This document shows positions 12,355-24,600 of a stretch of 64,000 bases of DNA, in pieces. The position numbers and the translations under genes are program-made. Position 1 is the first letter of the stretch. Each line of letters opens with the position of its first letter. The stretch is from Bugula neritina (Eukaryota; Animalia; Bryozoa): positions 22,601,319-22,665,318 of the forward strand of contig OZ037768.1 in the NCBI GenBank assembly GCA_964035545.1. The letters run 5' to 3'. Below the pieces are notes generated by a model. It had not been told where the DNA came from. It saw only the letters and a program-made list of their open reading frames with translations, and made no database searches.

Positions 12355-14339
12355 ATGGCTTTACATTTCAATTGTGGGCAGGTACTGAGTCATATACTTG
12401 TATTTTTTTAACAAATTTTGTTTCTTTTACTCCAACTCTAACAATCACAATGACATTTAATTTGAGTTTGATTTCACAGTTACACTTGCTGTGTGAATCT
12501 GACTGGGAGTTTAGGTGTGAATGTAAGACCAAGCTTCTAATTCTAAGCAGTGTTATTGTTAGTGTTAGCATAACTACACTAGTTTAAAGTTTAAAGTAAT
12601 TTTATTTGAAAAGAAGTGCTGGCACTGTTTATGCACACACTGTTATGTGATAATCATTATGTATGATTATTATATGGCCTTTCAGTTTTTTACAAAGACC
12701 AATTGACAAAAATGTGTTGATGTCATTTTGTACTCTTCACAGTGCTTTTGGTTGCAATCAGCTAAACTACTCATTATAGAGACGTAAAAGTTATGCAAAA
12801 GCACTAAATAGAAATTGATTAGAACATTAACAAAAAACAAATATGGAAAGTTTATTGTCTAATGTTTTTATTTTAAAAAATAATCTATAGTATTTAAAAT
12901 TTATTAAATTATTGATTGATAAAGCTGCTTTTTTTAAATAAATTTGTAGCAATATATTTTTGATACTCTTGCAACACTTAAATTATAGACATAAAATAGT
13001 AGCAGGCTTAGGATATTTTTTTCAATTCAATAGTAATTACTATTTAAGTAGCAAAGTGTACTTACTATATGCAGAAAAATTTTCTTGGAGAAAAGATTAA
13101 GTTTTAACAACTATAGATATTTAAGATAATTAGTCTTACAATAAATAAATATTATGCTGTAACCTAAAAGCAAATTCTGTCATGTTTGTTGCAGTATGAA
13201 CAGGCTTTTAATTCAAAGAAGCTGCAGAACTGGGAGCAAAGACATCAGTACAGAAAAAGGCCAGGAACCAAGGCTGGTTTTACTCAAATCATAGCAAATG
13301 ACCGAGGCCATCTTTTGCCATCACTTCCCAGAGCCTCTCGCTCTCCGTGGGGCACATTCGTAGGAACTTGGGACTTGCCCAGAAAGCTTCCAGGTATGCA
13401 AATTTTTAAAATTTGAAAATATGAACACGCATGCAGTAAGTCTTACCAGTTGTTCAGCAAAAAATATACCACTGTATATACTAGTGTGTAACTCATTGCA
13501 AATACCACTTTTAGACAACAATCTCAAAATTTTGATTAAGCAATTTTAAATAACATTGAGGTCAAGAGTGTTTAAGTCAAGTTGATACCTAGCTCTGTAG
13601 TTTACTTACAATTAATCACCTCCTCTCCCACCCCCCTGGGGCCCCCACAAGACCGAAGTGCAATGTTTAGAAGCAACATGTTAGTTTGAGCCATTCCTAT
13701 CTAACCTCTTATGTGTTTTTGTTGGTCAACGTACAGTATTAAAGCTGCTACTATTTCATGAGATGTTAATTCCTGTGTCTTTTTTACAGGAAACAAGCAA
13801 ACAGACCCAACCGCCAGGTCCGCAGATGCTCATATCAGACGCACCGGGGAAAAGGCTGAAGCTGATGACATCATCTATGGAAGAAACAAAACAAGAAGAG
13901 CCAAAGCTGGTCAGCCTCTCAGGGTAAGTTACACATGCTTATTAAGGTAAGTTACACATGCTTATTAAGGTAAGTTACACATGCTTATTAAGGTAAGTTA
14001 CACCTGCTTATTAAGGTAAGTATACATACTAATTATTAAAAGTTGATCAGCTATTAAAAGTCTGCTATACAATGTAGTTAATGAAGGTCAAGAGTTTAAA
14101 GTGAAAGTGTGCTCATTTAAAGTCCTGATGTGAGTATATACTATTTCAAGATTTCTGCTTTAAAATAATATAATTTCTAATCTTGAATAATTTTAGTCTG
14201 CAAAAAGTTTCTATGACGCTGTTTTAGTATAAAAATGTGTTATATAACTGCATGTAATATTATATGTAAAATGGACTGTTTATGTCATATAGGTAGATGC
14301 AATATATATGCAACATGTAAGAAATTATATATCTTACAT

Positions 14340-14381
<42 letters not shown>

Positions 14382-14588
14382 TTTAAAGTATATATATTTT
14401 TATAGGCAATGCCAACGCACTGTCAGCAAACTGAAATGACAGAAGCACCCCAGCAGGTGCCCTCTGTGAGATCAGGAGCGGAAAACCCCATAGTAAAAGG
14501 CACTCCCTCTAGACAAACACCAACACACCAATTCAGTCCCCAAGAAGCTGCAGAAAATAGCCTAGCCCCAGCACCTGAAATGGTATGA
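12355..14588 (+). CDS. CFAP126: Protein Flattop homolog (cilia- and flagella-associated protein 126), ~180 aa
   Basis: Exons 12355-12381 (MALHFNCGQ), 13195-13393 (YEQAFNSKKLQNWE...TQIIANDRGHLLP...SPWGTFVGTWDLPRKLP, Flattop signature), 13790-13923 and 14406-14588, all in phase. Confidence 0.92.
13924..14021 (+). repeat. 23-bp tandem repeat x4 that duplicates the splice donor
   Basis: (GTAAGTTACACATGCTTATTAAG)4 followed by GTAAGT, starting exactly at the Flattop exon 3 donor. Confidence 0.95.
14343..14376. repeat. (TA)n microsatellite
   Basis: Pure TA run. Confidence 0.9.
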
Positions 14589-15566
14589 AAGCAGCATTAA
14601 GGAGACGGCTTTTCTGCGTCTCACTATTGCTACTCTCTCCATATTATATTGCTAATATTGTAAAAATTAGCTAAACGTAGTGATTAGCTTCAAATTTTAC
14701 ACTTTTGCAAATGATGTTTTGATTAGGTAAACATTTTATTTTACGCGTCAACATGCAATCTTTAGTTTGAGTAGAATGTAGTTTCTTCAAAGTTTCTTCT
14801 TTAACTCATGTGTGCGAGTCTTTAACAGTAGTTCAAAATTAAGAAAAGTTATTTAACCAGTTCTGCAAACTGGTTGTGCCATTATCTTCATTTCCAAGTT
14901 ACTAAGTTTTACAAAGTAGTTCGTTGACAATTTTTAACCAGCAAACGCATGCTACTAGTTTTTAGACGTACTTTTTTGTCCTCCACAGTATAGATCTTAT
15001 GATATAATGTATAAGATATGTTCACCAATGTCTACACAGGTGTATGTGCAAAATTTGAGCATGGAAATTTAGTACTATTTACTGTCTTACATATTATAAC
15101 ATAATAATATTGCTGTAGCAATAACTTTGGAAAAGGACTATAATAATAACAGCAATATATCAATATAGTATTATGGTAAGAGCTTTGTATTAAAACATTT
15201 AATCCCTAAAATTAGAGTTATGCTCACATAATGATGATTGGCTCTTAACACACATTAACAACACAAAAGCGAAGTGCTCACTGCAGTAATATTTGAATAA
15301 AAACGATTTGTTTGCTGCAGTTTGACCTTTATTAAAACCTCAGCCATGTTTTTAACAGTCGGATGTGACAGTGCTCGTGCAACATAATTATAATATTAAG
15401 TGAGCTATATAGTTGTGCATAATCACAGTATGTATAGTCAGTTATACTAAAAATATATAAAATAATAGTGTGTGCTACACATAGTGTTATGCTATCTATA
15501 CTATAATATATAAATCTATAGCAGCTAAGGTGGTGTGTGCATTTAGTGCTGTATGTGTGCCTGTAG

Positions 15567-16225
15567 ATTAGTGTTGCTGCTGGCTATACTTCACCTAACG
15601 CTGCTTTACTTTCTCCTGGCCGTTTGGGAGCTGCCATTTCTAACACCCCGTTGCCACGGTCACCTAACCACGAATCTCCGCTGCCACCACTGCCTCGATC
15701 AGCTGCTAGTAGAGTTGCCTCCCCTAAAGTAGGTTGTCCCAGTTTTGACTAATTTGATGCAAACTATTTTGCTTAAGGAAAAGCTCTAAAAATGACAAGT
15801 CAATGCTAGAATAATTATATTAATACTATTTTTGGCTTTGAACTTAGCAAAATGTCATGAAATGTTAAAGGAGGCTTATTGGCAACATTATTTGTAATAA
15901 GTTCTTAACTCTCATTGCGTTTCAAGAGAAAGCAACTCTGAACTTTGCTGTGACAGGAAAATACAGTGATGTCTATATGTGAAAGTTACACTACTTCACT
16001 TAACATTGACAGTTTTTAGCAATCATTGAACTTTTCTACCTATAAATAACTAATCTTCCTAAATCAAGCTACCTATAAAACAAATGAATTTCTTATATTA
16101 TTTTACAAAATTAGGCTGTCTAGTAGCACATAATTGGCATATGCTACTTCAACAGGATATTTATGCTGTTACATTTTTATAGCTGCTACATTTGTGCATA
16201 TTATCTGCTTTGGTGTGTGCGTGCA

Positions 16226-16259
<34 letters not shown>

Positions 16260-16393
16260 CACGCGTGTGTGTGTGTTTAACTTAGAAATAACCACAGATT
16301 TATCTGTATTTTCAGGTTGCAACACCAAAGCCTACTTCGCCTGCAAGATTTGGTTCAGCTCAACGCTTGGAGTTGTCATCTCCTATTTTGTAA
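15567..16393 (+). CDS. CFAP126: Alternative or additional 3' coding exons of Flattop (Ser/Pro-rich tail)
   Basis: Phase 0-0 exon 15567-15728 (ISVAAGYTSPNAALLSPGRL...RVASPK) and terminal exon 16316-16393 (VATPKPTSPARFGSAQRLELSSPIL*), with AATAAA at ~16530. Both are in phase with the donors at 13923 and 14582. Confidence 0.65.
16213..16277. repeat. (TG)n microsatellite
   Basis: TG/CG dinucleotide run. Confidence 0.9.
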
Positions 16394-18620
16394 CCTGATT
16401 CACCATTTGGAGAAATCATCATGTGTTTTGTCAAAGTTGTCTGCTCTAATCAATTGATTGCAAAATTGAAACAATGTTACACCATCTTTTGTAGATGATG
16501 AGTATTTAATTATTCTAAATTATTGCTACAATAAATAATTTAATTAGTTTCCAAACAACGCTTTATGTTATGTTTTATTTTTTAAAATGGCAAGCAATAA
16601 GATTTGATGCTTCTAAGAGAGTGCACGATCAACAAATGTAAATTTTATACATGCAAGCAACTTGTGTATATATTTTACTGCACCAATTATATTATATGCA
16701 GTATGTGTGATACAATATAGTTCTTTTTAACCTTTTTGAAATGAGTGTGCTGTTATTAATTAAGAGCTACATATAGTTTTATGAACAATAAAATTTCGGT
16801 TTAATAATACAAATTACTTTTTCAATAATATATTGTATACATGAAGTGAGTGCACATAGTATACAAAAATTATATCGGTTGCGTTACTCAGGTAAAAATT
16901 CAACTTTTCACATTTATATGTTTTGCTTTGAAGCTACCATGTAAAATATAAAAATTTCAATCTGCATGAAGCTGCGTTACAATAAATATTTTAGTATCAT
17001 TACTTGCTTGATTTAATTTTACTTATTCATAATTCATATCACTCATTATTGGCTATAATTAAATTCAAAATAGTAAAAAAATTAAAAAAAGTAAGGTTTC
17101 ACAACGATGCACTTGAAACATACCAAAGCTTAATTACAGAAGTTTTGAAACAGAATGCCCAAGACAAAAAAATTACCAGCTGCTATAAAATATATTAAGG
17201 AGTTGTCTACTACTTTACCTTTCATCACCTAACATCTAGAAAACTAAAAATATAATATGTTTAATTGGACTCATTGAAGTAGATTTCTCCAATGGCCTAT
17301 ATTTACAGGAGGTTAATTTTAGCGGCTGGATTGCCAAACCCACCAATCACAACTTGTTGTAGAACCAGGTCTTTCTTCACTCTTCTGAAAGTTGCATGAA
17401 GCAGTACCGAGTGGCAACTTGGTAGTTAGTGAGTGCATTGGTTTAGGGGTCTGCAGTCTAGAAAATGGAGGTTTGGAATTCGGATCACTGCACTAGAAAT
17501 ATTTTATAATTCATTGGTTTGGACAACGAATACTGCACCCTGTCATCTTCATCTCGGAGCTGCATATTAAACAATTGAAACGCTGAAATAAAATTGAAGT
17601 AGATCACAGTTATTTCAATAAAATATAAATATTTAAAGTTGTAATAATTAATATTAGTATTACTGATGATAATTATAATTATTATGACTAATGATATTAT
17701 AATTACTAGTGATAATATTAATGAATAATTATAATACTATAGTCAAAGTATAGCTATCAGTATTACTATTACTATTAGTATTACTAATACTAATACTAAT
17801 AGTAATACTAATACTAATAGTAATACTAATACTAATAGTGATTGTACTAATAGTAATACTAATAGTAATACTATAGTTATACTTATAGTAATACTAGTAA
17901 TACTAATAGTAATAAACTTAAAGTTAAAGTTGATAATATTTATATCATAATTATAATATATTGAATTTATTATTATGTAAATTAAAATTAATGTTGAATA
18001 AAATTTAATGTTGTAATTTTTATTATTATAATTATTATATACTTATAGTTATACTAATAGTAATACTTATAGTTCTAATCTTCATTTTGTACTTGATTTA
18101 TATCTTTATTACTAATACTATATAAAGTATATTAGTAAGCCACATAGTGATAGGTTACAACTTATGCTAATAGCAATCTCAACCATGTGAATATCAATAT
18201 GATGAATGTGATTAGGATGCAGTCATCCACCATATCATCATAACTATTGTTGAACTTAATTGCTGTTACTATAAGAAATTTACTATAGGCTACCATGATA
18301 ATAACAATAGGTAATTTTTACTATATATATTTGAATTTAAATTTGCTCAAGAACATTGCGTGACTACAAAGTACAAACTCAGGCTGTCGATTGCTGCATT
18401 ACTTTTAGTCAATATCTATTATTTTTTTAGACCGTCACCAAAATCATACTCATCAAATTGATAGAATTAGAATTATGTTAGCCAGTGTAAGGAAATGTTG
18501 TAGTAGTTGAACTGATTCCAGTGTTTACTGAAATTTATTTTTATTTCATACCTTAAGGCTATTAATACATTTTTTGTAGGTGGTGGCTTATTGATTTTGT
18601 ATCAACCTCCTCTGGCCATT

Positions 18621-21600
18621 ATGCCTACAAGATGGTGCATATCTGCTTTCTGCCCAGATAGGCATGGCGAGTACCTTTTTTCGTGGCCCAAAGATGCATC
18701 TGTTGCTCAAAAGTGGAATAAATTTCTCAGTGAGGAAAAAACACATTTTAAACTCAATAAAAACAGCCGTCTCTGTGTCAGGCATTTCGAAGATCACCAA
18801 ATTGAGAATTTAATGAGATTTCGCAGCCAGCACCCGTCTAGGTAAAATATTATTCTTCAGCTTTTAGCTGGAATAAGCTTTTTATTGTGTATGGAAGTTT
18901 CGTGTATCATCTATGAAATCTCATAGTTTGCAGTGTGCATGCATTCAATCACTTATAAACTACGGATAATATGATTAGATTCTGCTTGACTCTTAGTTTC
19001 TTAGTTATCTTATAGTACCAAGCAGCCGTGGTCTAGGGGTTAGAGCATTAGCTTAGTAGTGGTTTCGAACTCCAGTAAAGGCCATTGGTAATGTCAGGAA
19101 AAGCATCTAGTCATAATTGCCCCTGTGTCCCATATAAATATGTCCTTAGTCTGATTTAAAGACCCTTTCCATCAGGGGATTCTTGCAGGGATAATGATAA
19201 TAAACTTGCATGAGTTTTTTATCATGCAAATTCAAGCGCCTAAATTCTTTAATGCTGTTGACGATTACATATTTGTCTGCTTGTAAAACCATCAAAACAT
19301 TCTAGGATGTCGCTAAGGCTGGTAAAGGGTGCAGTACCAACAGTTCACTTAGATGCTTTGACCAAGGCTCAGAAAATGGCTGGTCTAGATATATCATACC
19401 AGATGAGACCGCCACATGAAAGAGATGGTATGCTGAATATCAGTAGAAGAGAAACAAGACTTCTACTAAGGACTGATCCTTCTGATTTGTGAGTATCTGC
19501 AAGTTAAAAAGACTTGGTTTTTTAATTTGATTTTTTGTTCAGCAAAATAACTACTACATTACTCATCAGTTTACAGACAAATTAATCATTATGTGTTAAG
19601 ACTTTGTGCCTAATTTTCTGTGTTTGTCCAATTTATTTATTCAAAACTAAAAATAAACACTTTTCTAGTTGCTAAAGACATTGTATAATTAGTGTTTCTA
19701 TCTTGTTTATGTCTGTCAGAATAAATAGTATAGATGAGAAGACGCAAAGTATCTTGTATATAGTCAGAATCACTAGAATAGTTTCCTAGTAGGTATTTTT
19801 CTGTAGTCATTCAGAAATAATTTTATACTCTGGCCCTGAGTTACTACTAAGATTTTATATTATTCTGTCAGAGATTTCATTTCTTACTGGTATGTTAGGG
19901 TCGAGTATTTTAAGTACTCATGTTATGAATTTATAATAATTTATCTAATAATTTATAGGTTGCCCCTTACAAAGACTAAGCATAAACGGGTTAATTGGAA
20001 AAAAATTGAGCTAAACCAGACAAACAACGCAGCCATGCAGTAAGTATTTTTTCCCTTCTATATAAAAGATCGTAGAGCTAATCACACGTAGTTGAATCAG
20101 TTTTGATATAACTAATGTTATCAACTGGCACATGCAGAGTGCAGCAACTTCCTGGACCACTTGTTACCGCCGAGTGCGAGATTCTAGGAGAAATTAAACA
20201 TGAGATGGAATCAGAAGAGTTGGTGATATCACCTAATATAGAATTCGCAGCCGGATGGGACAACTCTATTGAAAACGAACAAAATACAGCAGCTTCAGAG
20301 TAAGTTTCCTGTCTTGTTTTACAAGAATTAATAAAATATTCGGAGTTGCTGAAGTTTATGGGTTTGTATGTTTAAACCAAACACACCTGTGTGACTTCAC
20401 CTGTATAACATTACTTTTGATTATAGTTTTTAATTTTATTAGTAATTAATAGTTTTTCTAGTGGTTTGGCACTGGCAATAGTTTAAATTATGACAATAAA
20501 GTAATTTTTATTATGCAAGACTGCTTTATTATTTTTGCTTTATATATAGGTCGAGGGTTGATTCAAAGCTAACAGATATTTTGCAAGAAACAACTCAAAT
20601 AAATCAGCCGGTTTCTAAGTCTCCTTTAAGTAACAACTCACCCAAGACTGTCCCTCAAATACTCGATGCATACACAGTTACTTCCTCTGAAACTCCCTTT
20701 TCCTCTGAGGTCACTGAAAGTTCAGCTGTAAAGGATGAGCCTGGAGATGTGGAGATTACAACTCCTGTAGTGTCGGTGAGGGTTGAGTAATTCACTGTGT
20801 AAGAAGTTGATTGAGAGACAGTTTGTGGTGTGTCTTGATGATGAGTCACAGTGACTGTTGAGTCACAGTGAGTACTGAGTCACAGTGAGTGTTGAGTCAC
20901 AGTGAGTATTGAGTCACAGTGAGTACTGAGTCACAGTGACTGTTGAGTCACAGTGAGTACTGAGTCACAGTGAGTGTTGAGTCACAGTGAGTATTGAGTC
21001 ACAGTGAGTACTGAGTCACAGTGACTGTTGAGTCACAGTGAGTGTTGAGTCACAGTGAGTGTTGAATTAGTTAATAGTGATTCAGACAGTATTTAGTTAG
21101 TACAATCAGTTACGCAGATGATAACTAGCAGTGTTTAAAGTTGATATTTCATGATAAAAGAACAAAAACTTACAGATTTGCCATGATTGTTTAGAAGCCA
21201 AGTGTTTCCAACTCACCAGCTCTCAAACAGTGTGCAGGCGAAGATATGAATCAGAAGAACGCAGATATTGAGAGAATCTCATATAACATTGACTATGCCG
21301 GAGATCTGATGAGACTTTGTAAGTCACTCTACTTCCTGTTCTTGCTACGACTCTCCAAATCATCTGATAAGGCTGCTGCGTCTTTTACCTTTCTGTCTAT
21401 TTGAAGGTGTGAGACTTGGTGAAAAGCTGGAATACCGAGATGGCGTGTTTTACATGAGTTGTCTGTCTCTAGTAAACTATTTCCCACCTCAATATCTTGT
21501 GGAAACTAATGGAAGCGTAAAGAAAATGGCTTCCGTTAGAAAGTTGCTCAAACAGTACATGGGACGTAAACCTGAGCACGCTAGGATCTACAATAGCTTT

Positions 21601-24600
21601 AAGACAAAGACTGCACCAGTGCGTTTATATTTGTTTCTTTATTATGATTGGTTTTTATTTTATTCTAAATCTTGAAAAATGGTGCAAATACAGCCGGCCG
21701 TTTCTGTTGGTTAAACATAGAATTTCTTAAGCTGCATTCTTACAACTTCTCCTTTTACTGACTTTCACTTGTTGAGACAAATTTTTGTAAATATAGTTTC
21801 AATCGATTGATTTTATTCCACTTATTTGGAAATATTAAACATATTGCGGTAATGCAAACAGTTAAATTCTTAGCTCTGCAAAAAATTAGTTGTTTGTTCA
21901 TGACTGAGGCATTTCGAATTCCAACTATGAAAGCCTAATAAGATTTTTTACAGTATGAGTAAAAGTCCCCCCCCAACCATTGAAATTCTGTAACATGTAC
22001 CAATAATAGTTTTTTACAGCCATAAATCAAAGGTTTTTGACTACAAAGAAAGCCAAACTTTCACCCAACAATATAATTTTGTAACTCATGTTTAGACATT
22101 TTGGATCACTGCCAAGGCCTACATACTGCTACTCATTAGGATTTATGGTGTGATTGTCAACATGGAGGAAAAACCAACATTGACCAAACTTCGTCGTCTA
22201 CATGCAGCTCTGGATGGAAAAGGTGAACTTTTGATTAATAGTTTGTCATGTAGCTGGAAATGTCTGTTTTACTTGGTCACAAATTCTTGTATAATTATCT
22301 TTATTACGTAATTGAATTTTGTAGCTTATGAGAGTTCGTGGCAGAAACCTATCAGGTATGATCATCTGAAATATGTTGTCTTTAACAGTAAAAAATTTTG
22401 AATTTCCAACAAATTTTTTTCAACAGTTACATGTTGGTTGAAGATGACTGTAATTTCATTCAGGGTTTTCTTAGCTGTTTCTATGCAAATAATATTAAAC
22501 AAATTAACATTTATTTATATCTCTACATTTTAAGTTAGATAGCCTTAGTTAAGTACACCAGTCTGTCTCTTAGCTATGGTGCTGTAGTTCATCTTTTTAA
22601 GATCTAAAGCTACGCAGACTAGCTCTTCCTGTTACTGCCGCCTCTCTCTGGAAAAACTGCTGACACATCCTACTTTTATGGCACAGTTGGCTAGAAAAGT
22701 TCACCATGTTAGTATCAACTCTCTTCTCATCTACGCTGTACAATGTTTCTCATTATTTCCCAAGAAATTGCTATTTGAGTGACTGCTAAGGTTTATACGT
22801 TGCTCAGTACTGCATTGTTCATGTAATCTTATCACGAGAGAAAAGAATTATATTTTAGCAAAAAACCTTTTGGTAGAGATTCGTTTAGTGAAAAACTCAT
22901 CTCGTGAAGTGAATGTGTAAAAGTTTAATATTTCCAAACTTGTTTTATAGAACGCGATGCTCGGTGCAGAGTTTTTTAAAACTTTCAAGCGTCTTTCTAA
23001 TGAGTTGAAACCTAAGAGCCTGTCGGAGTGTAAGACAGTGGAAACTCAGACTGAAGGTGCTTGTGTGCCTGTCCTGAATCTGGAGAGAGTTCCGATGTGT
23101 AAGTCGAGTGGTAATTGTCATCTAAGCAATTAGAAAGTTTTGTCAACGTGTAATTCAATCAACCACTAACATATGCAAAGGCTTGCCAGTTGTAATAATT
23201 TTTAGGCGAGTGTGGCATTGTGTGTGTACGTGCATGCGTATGTGGTAGTGTGTTTGTATGTATGTGTGTGAGTGAAAGTGTCTGTGTGTGTGTGGTGATT
23301 TTAATTAATCGGTTTCAAGCTCTTTTCAGATTCGATTACCTTAAGACAATAATACAAAGCTTGAGACACTCTGAATCTATATAGTTAATAAAATTCATAG
23401 TATAGGCAGGTAAACGTGTTATATGTGGACATTGTGTAAATTTATATAAGTTTTAGAAATTTTGTCTGTATAAACCGTAGAATATAAAATGTAAAATTTA
23501 TTTAATACATTTATACAGTTGGTAAAACATTGTGCAGGTTAAAGTCAGTAACACTTATGAAATGTGGCATGAGATCTTGATATGAAGATATTTTTGTTTA
23601 TAAATGCAGCTCAGTATAATATTTGGTGCAAAGGCTGTATATTGTATGGAGGTTAGCAAACAAGTTATTATATTTACCAGTGGCAAACCTAATATACAAT
23701 AATCTTATCTTATAGTTGGATTGAGTGAAGACAGTCAAGTGACTGTAGATATGTCAGAAGAAGCAGACGTGGATACTCCATTTGATTTCAGTGAGTTAGA
23801 AGTTCACTTGTGATTACAAGAGGATTGTTTGCAGTAATTGATCTTTCAAATTTTGCAGACGTGAGGTGCTTGGTTTAAGTAGAGCCATGCAAACATCACT
23901 TGTCCGGCACATTGAAGCTGAATATAGTCAAAAGTGGTATTGCTTTGTATTTTATGACTAAAATTGGACAATGTGACACAAAATTGCAGTTTAGTTCATG
24001 CATCTTGTAAACAATGTTCGTCAGCTTTAAGAAAACTGTCGCCTCTCTCTGATTTAACTGGAACTAGGACTGTTTTACACTTGCTTTTAGTTCCAAACTG
24101 TGAAGAGAAAGATGACATGGGAATTTCCTTTCAGGAGCTACACACGAGTCTCTCATCGAAATCGGAGAATAACTTCCAAACTCATCAGTTCTCTGACCTC
24201 GGTAAGTCCTAGCAGTCTGTTCAGTGCTTCCTGTTTCCTTTCAATAAAAACAAGTAACTTTTCAATGCCGTGTTTATTATGCAAAGCAGGTTCTAGTTTG
24301 AAAGGGATTGAAGTGTGATTGAATTTCCAATTTGTCCTTTTTTAATTTTTTTCAAAATATAAGATATATATAAGTTGGTGATATGTGACTACTTTTCTTG
24401 ACAGTAAACTCCGCCCACATGAAGTTAGAGTATCACCACAGACCACCAGATGTCTCCGTTTCATCCAGTGGTTATATTAGGAGTCGTCGTTCCAAAACTA
24501 AACGTGTTATTGAGGTTTGTGTTATGTATCGTCCACAAATAGATCTATTTAAAAGACTACTAATTCAAATTATTGCGTGAGCAAATGTTACTTCAAAATA

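Noticed and set aside
19021-19075. Functional tRNA gene
   Set aside because: A and B boxes are present but no cloverleaf, anticodon arm or acceptor stem can be formed; a SINE-like body follows.
20842-21062. Regularly spaced repeats resembling a CRISPR array
   Set aside because: There are no unique spacers and no cas genes; the context is a eukaryotic intron, so it is a minisatellite.
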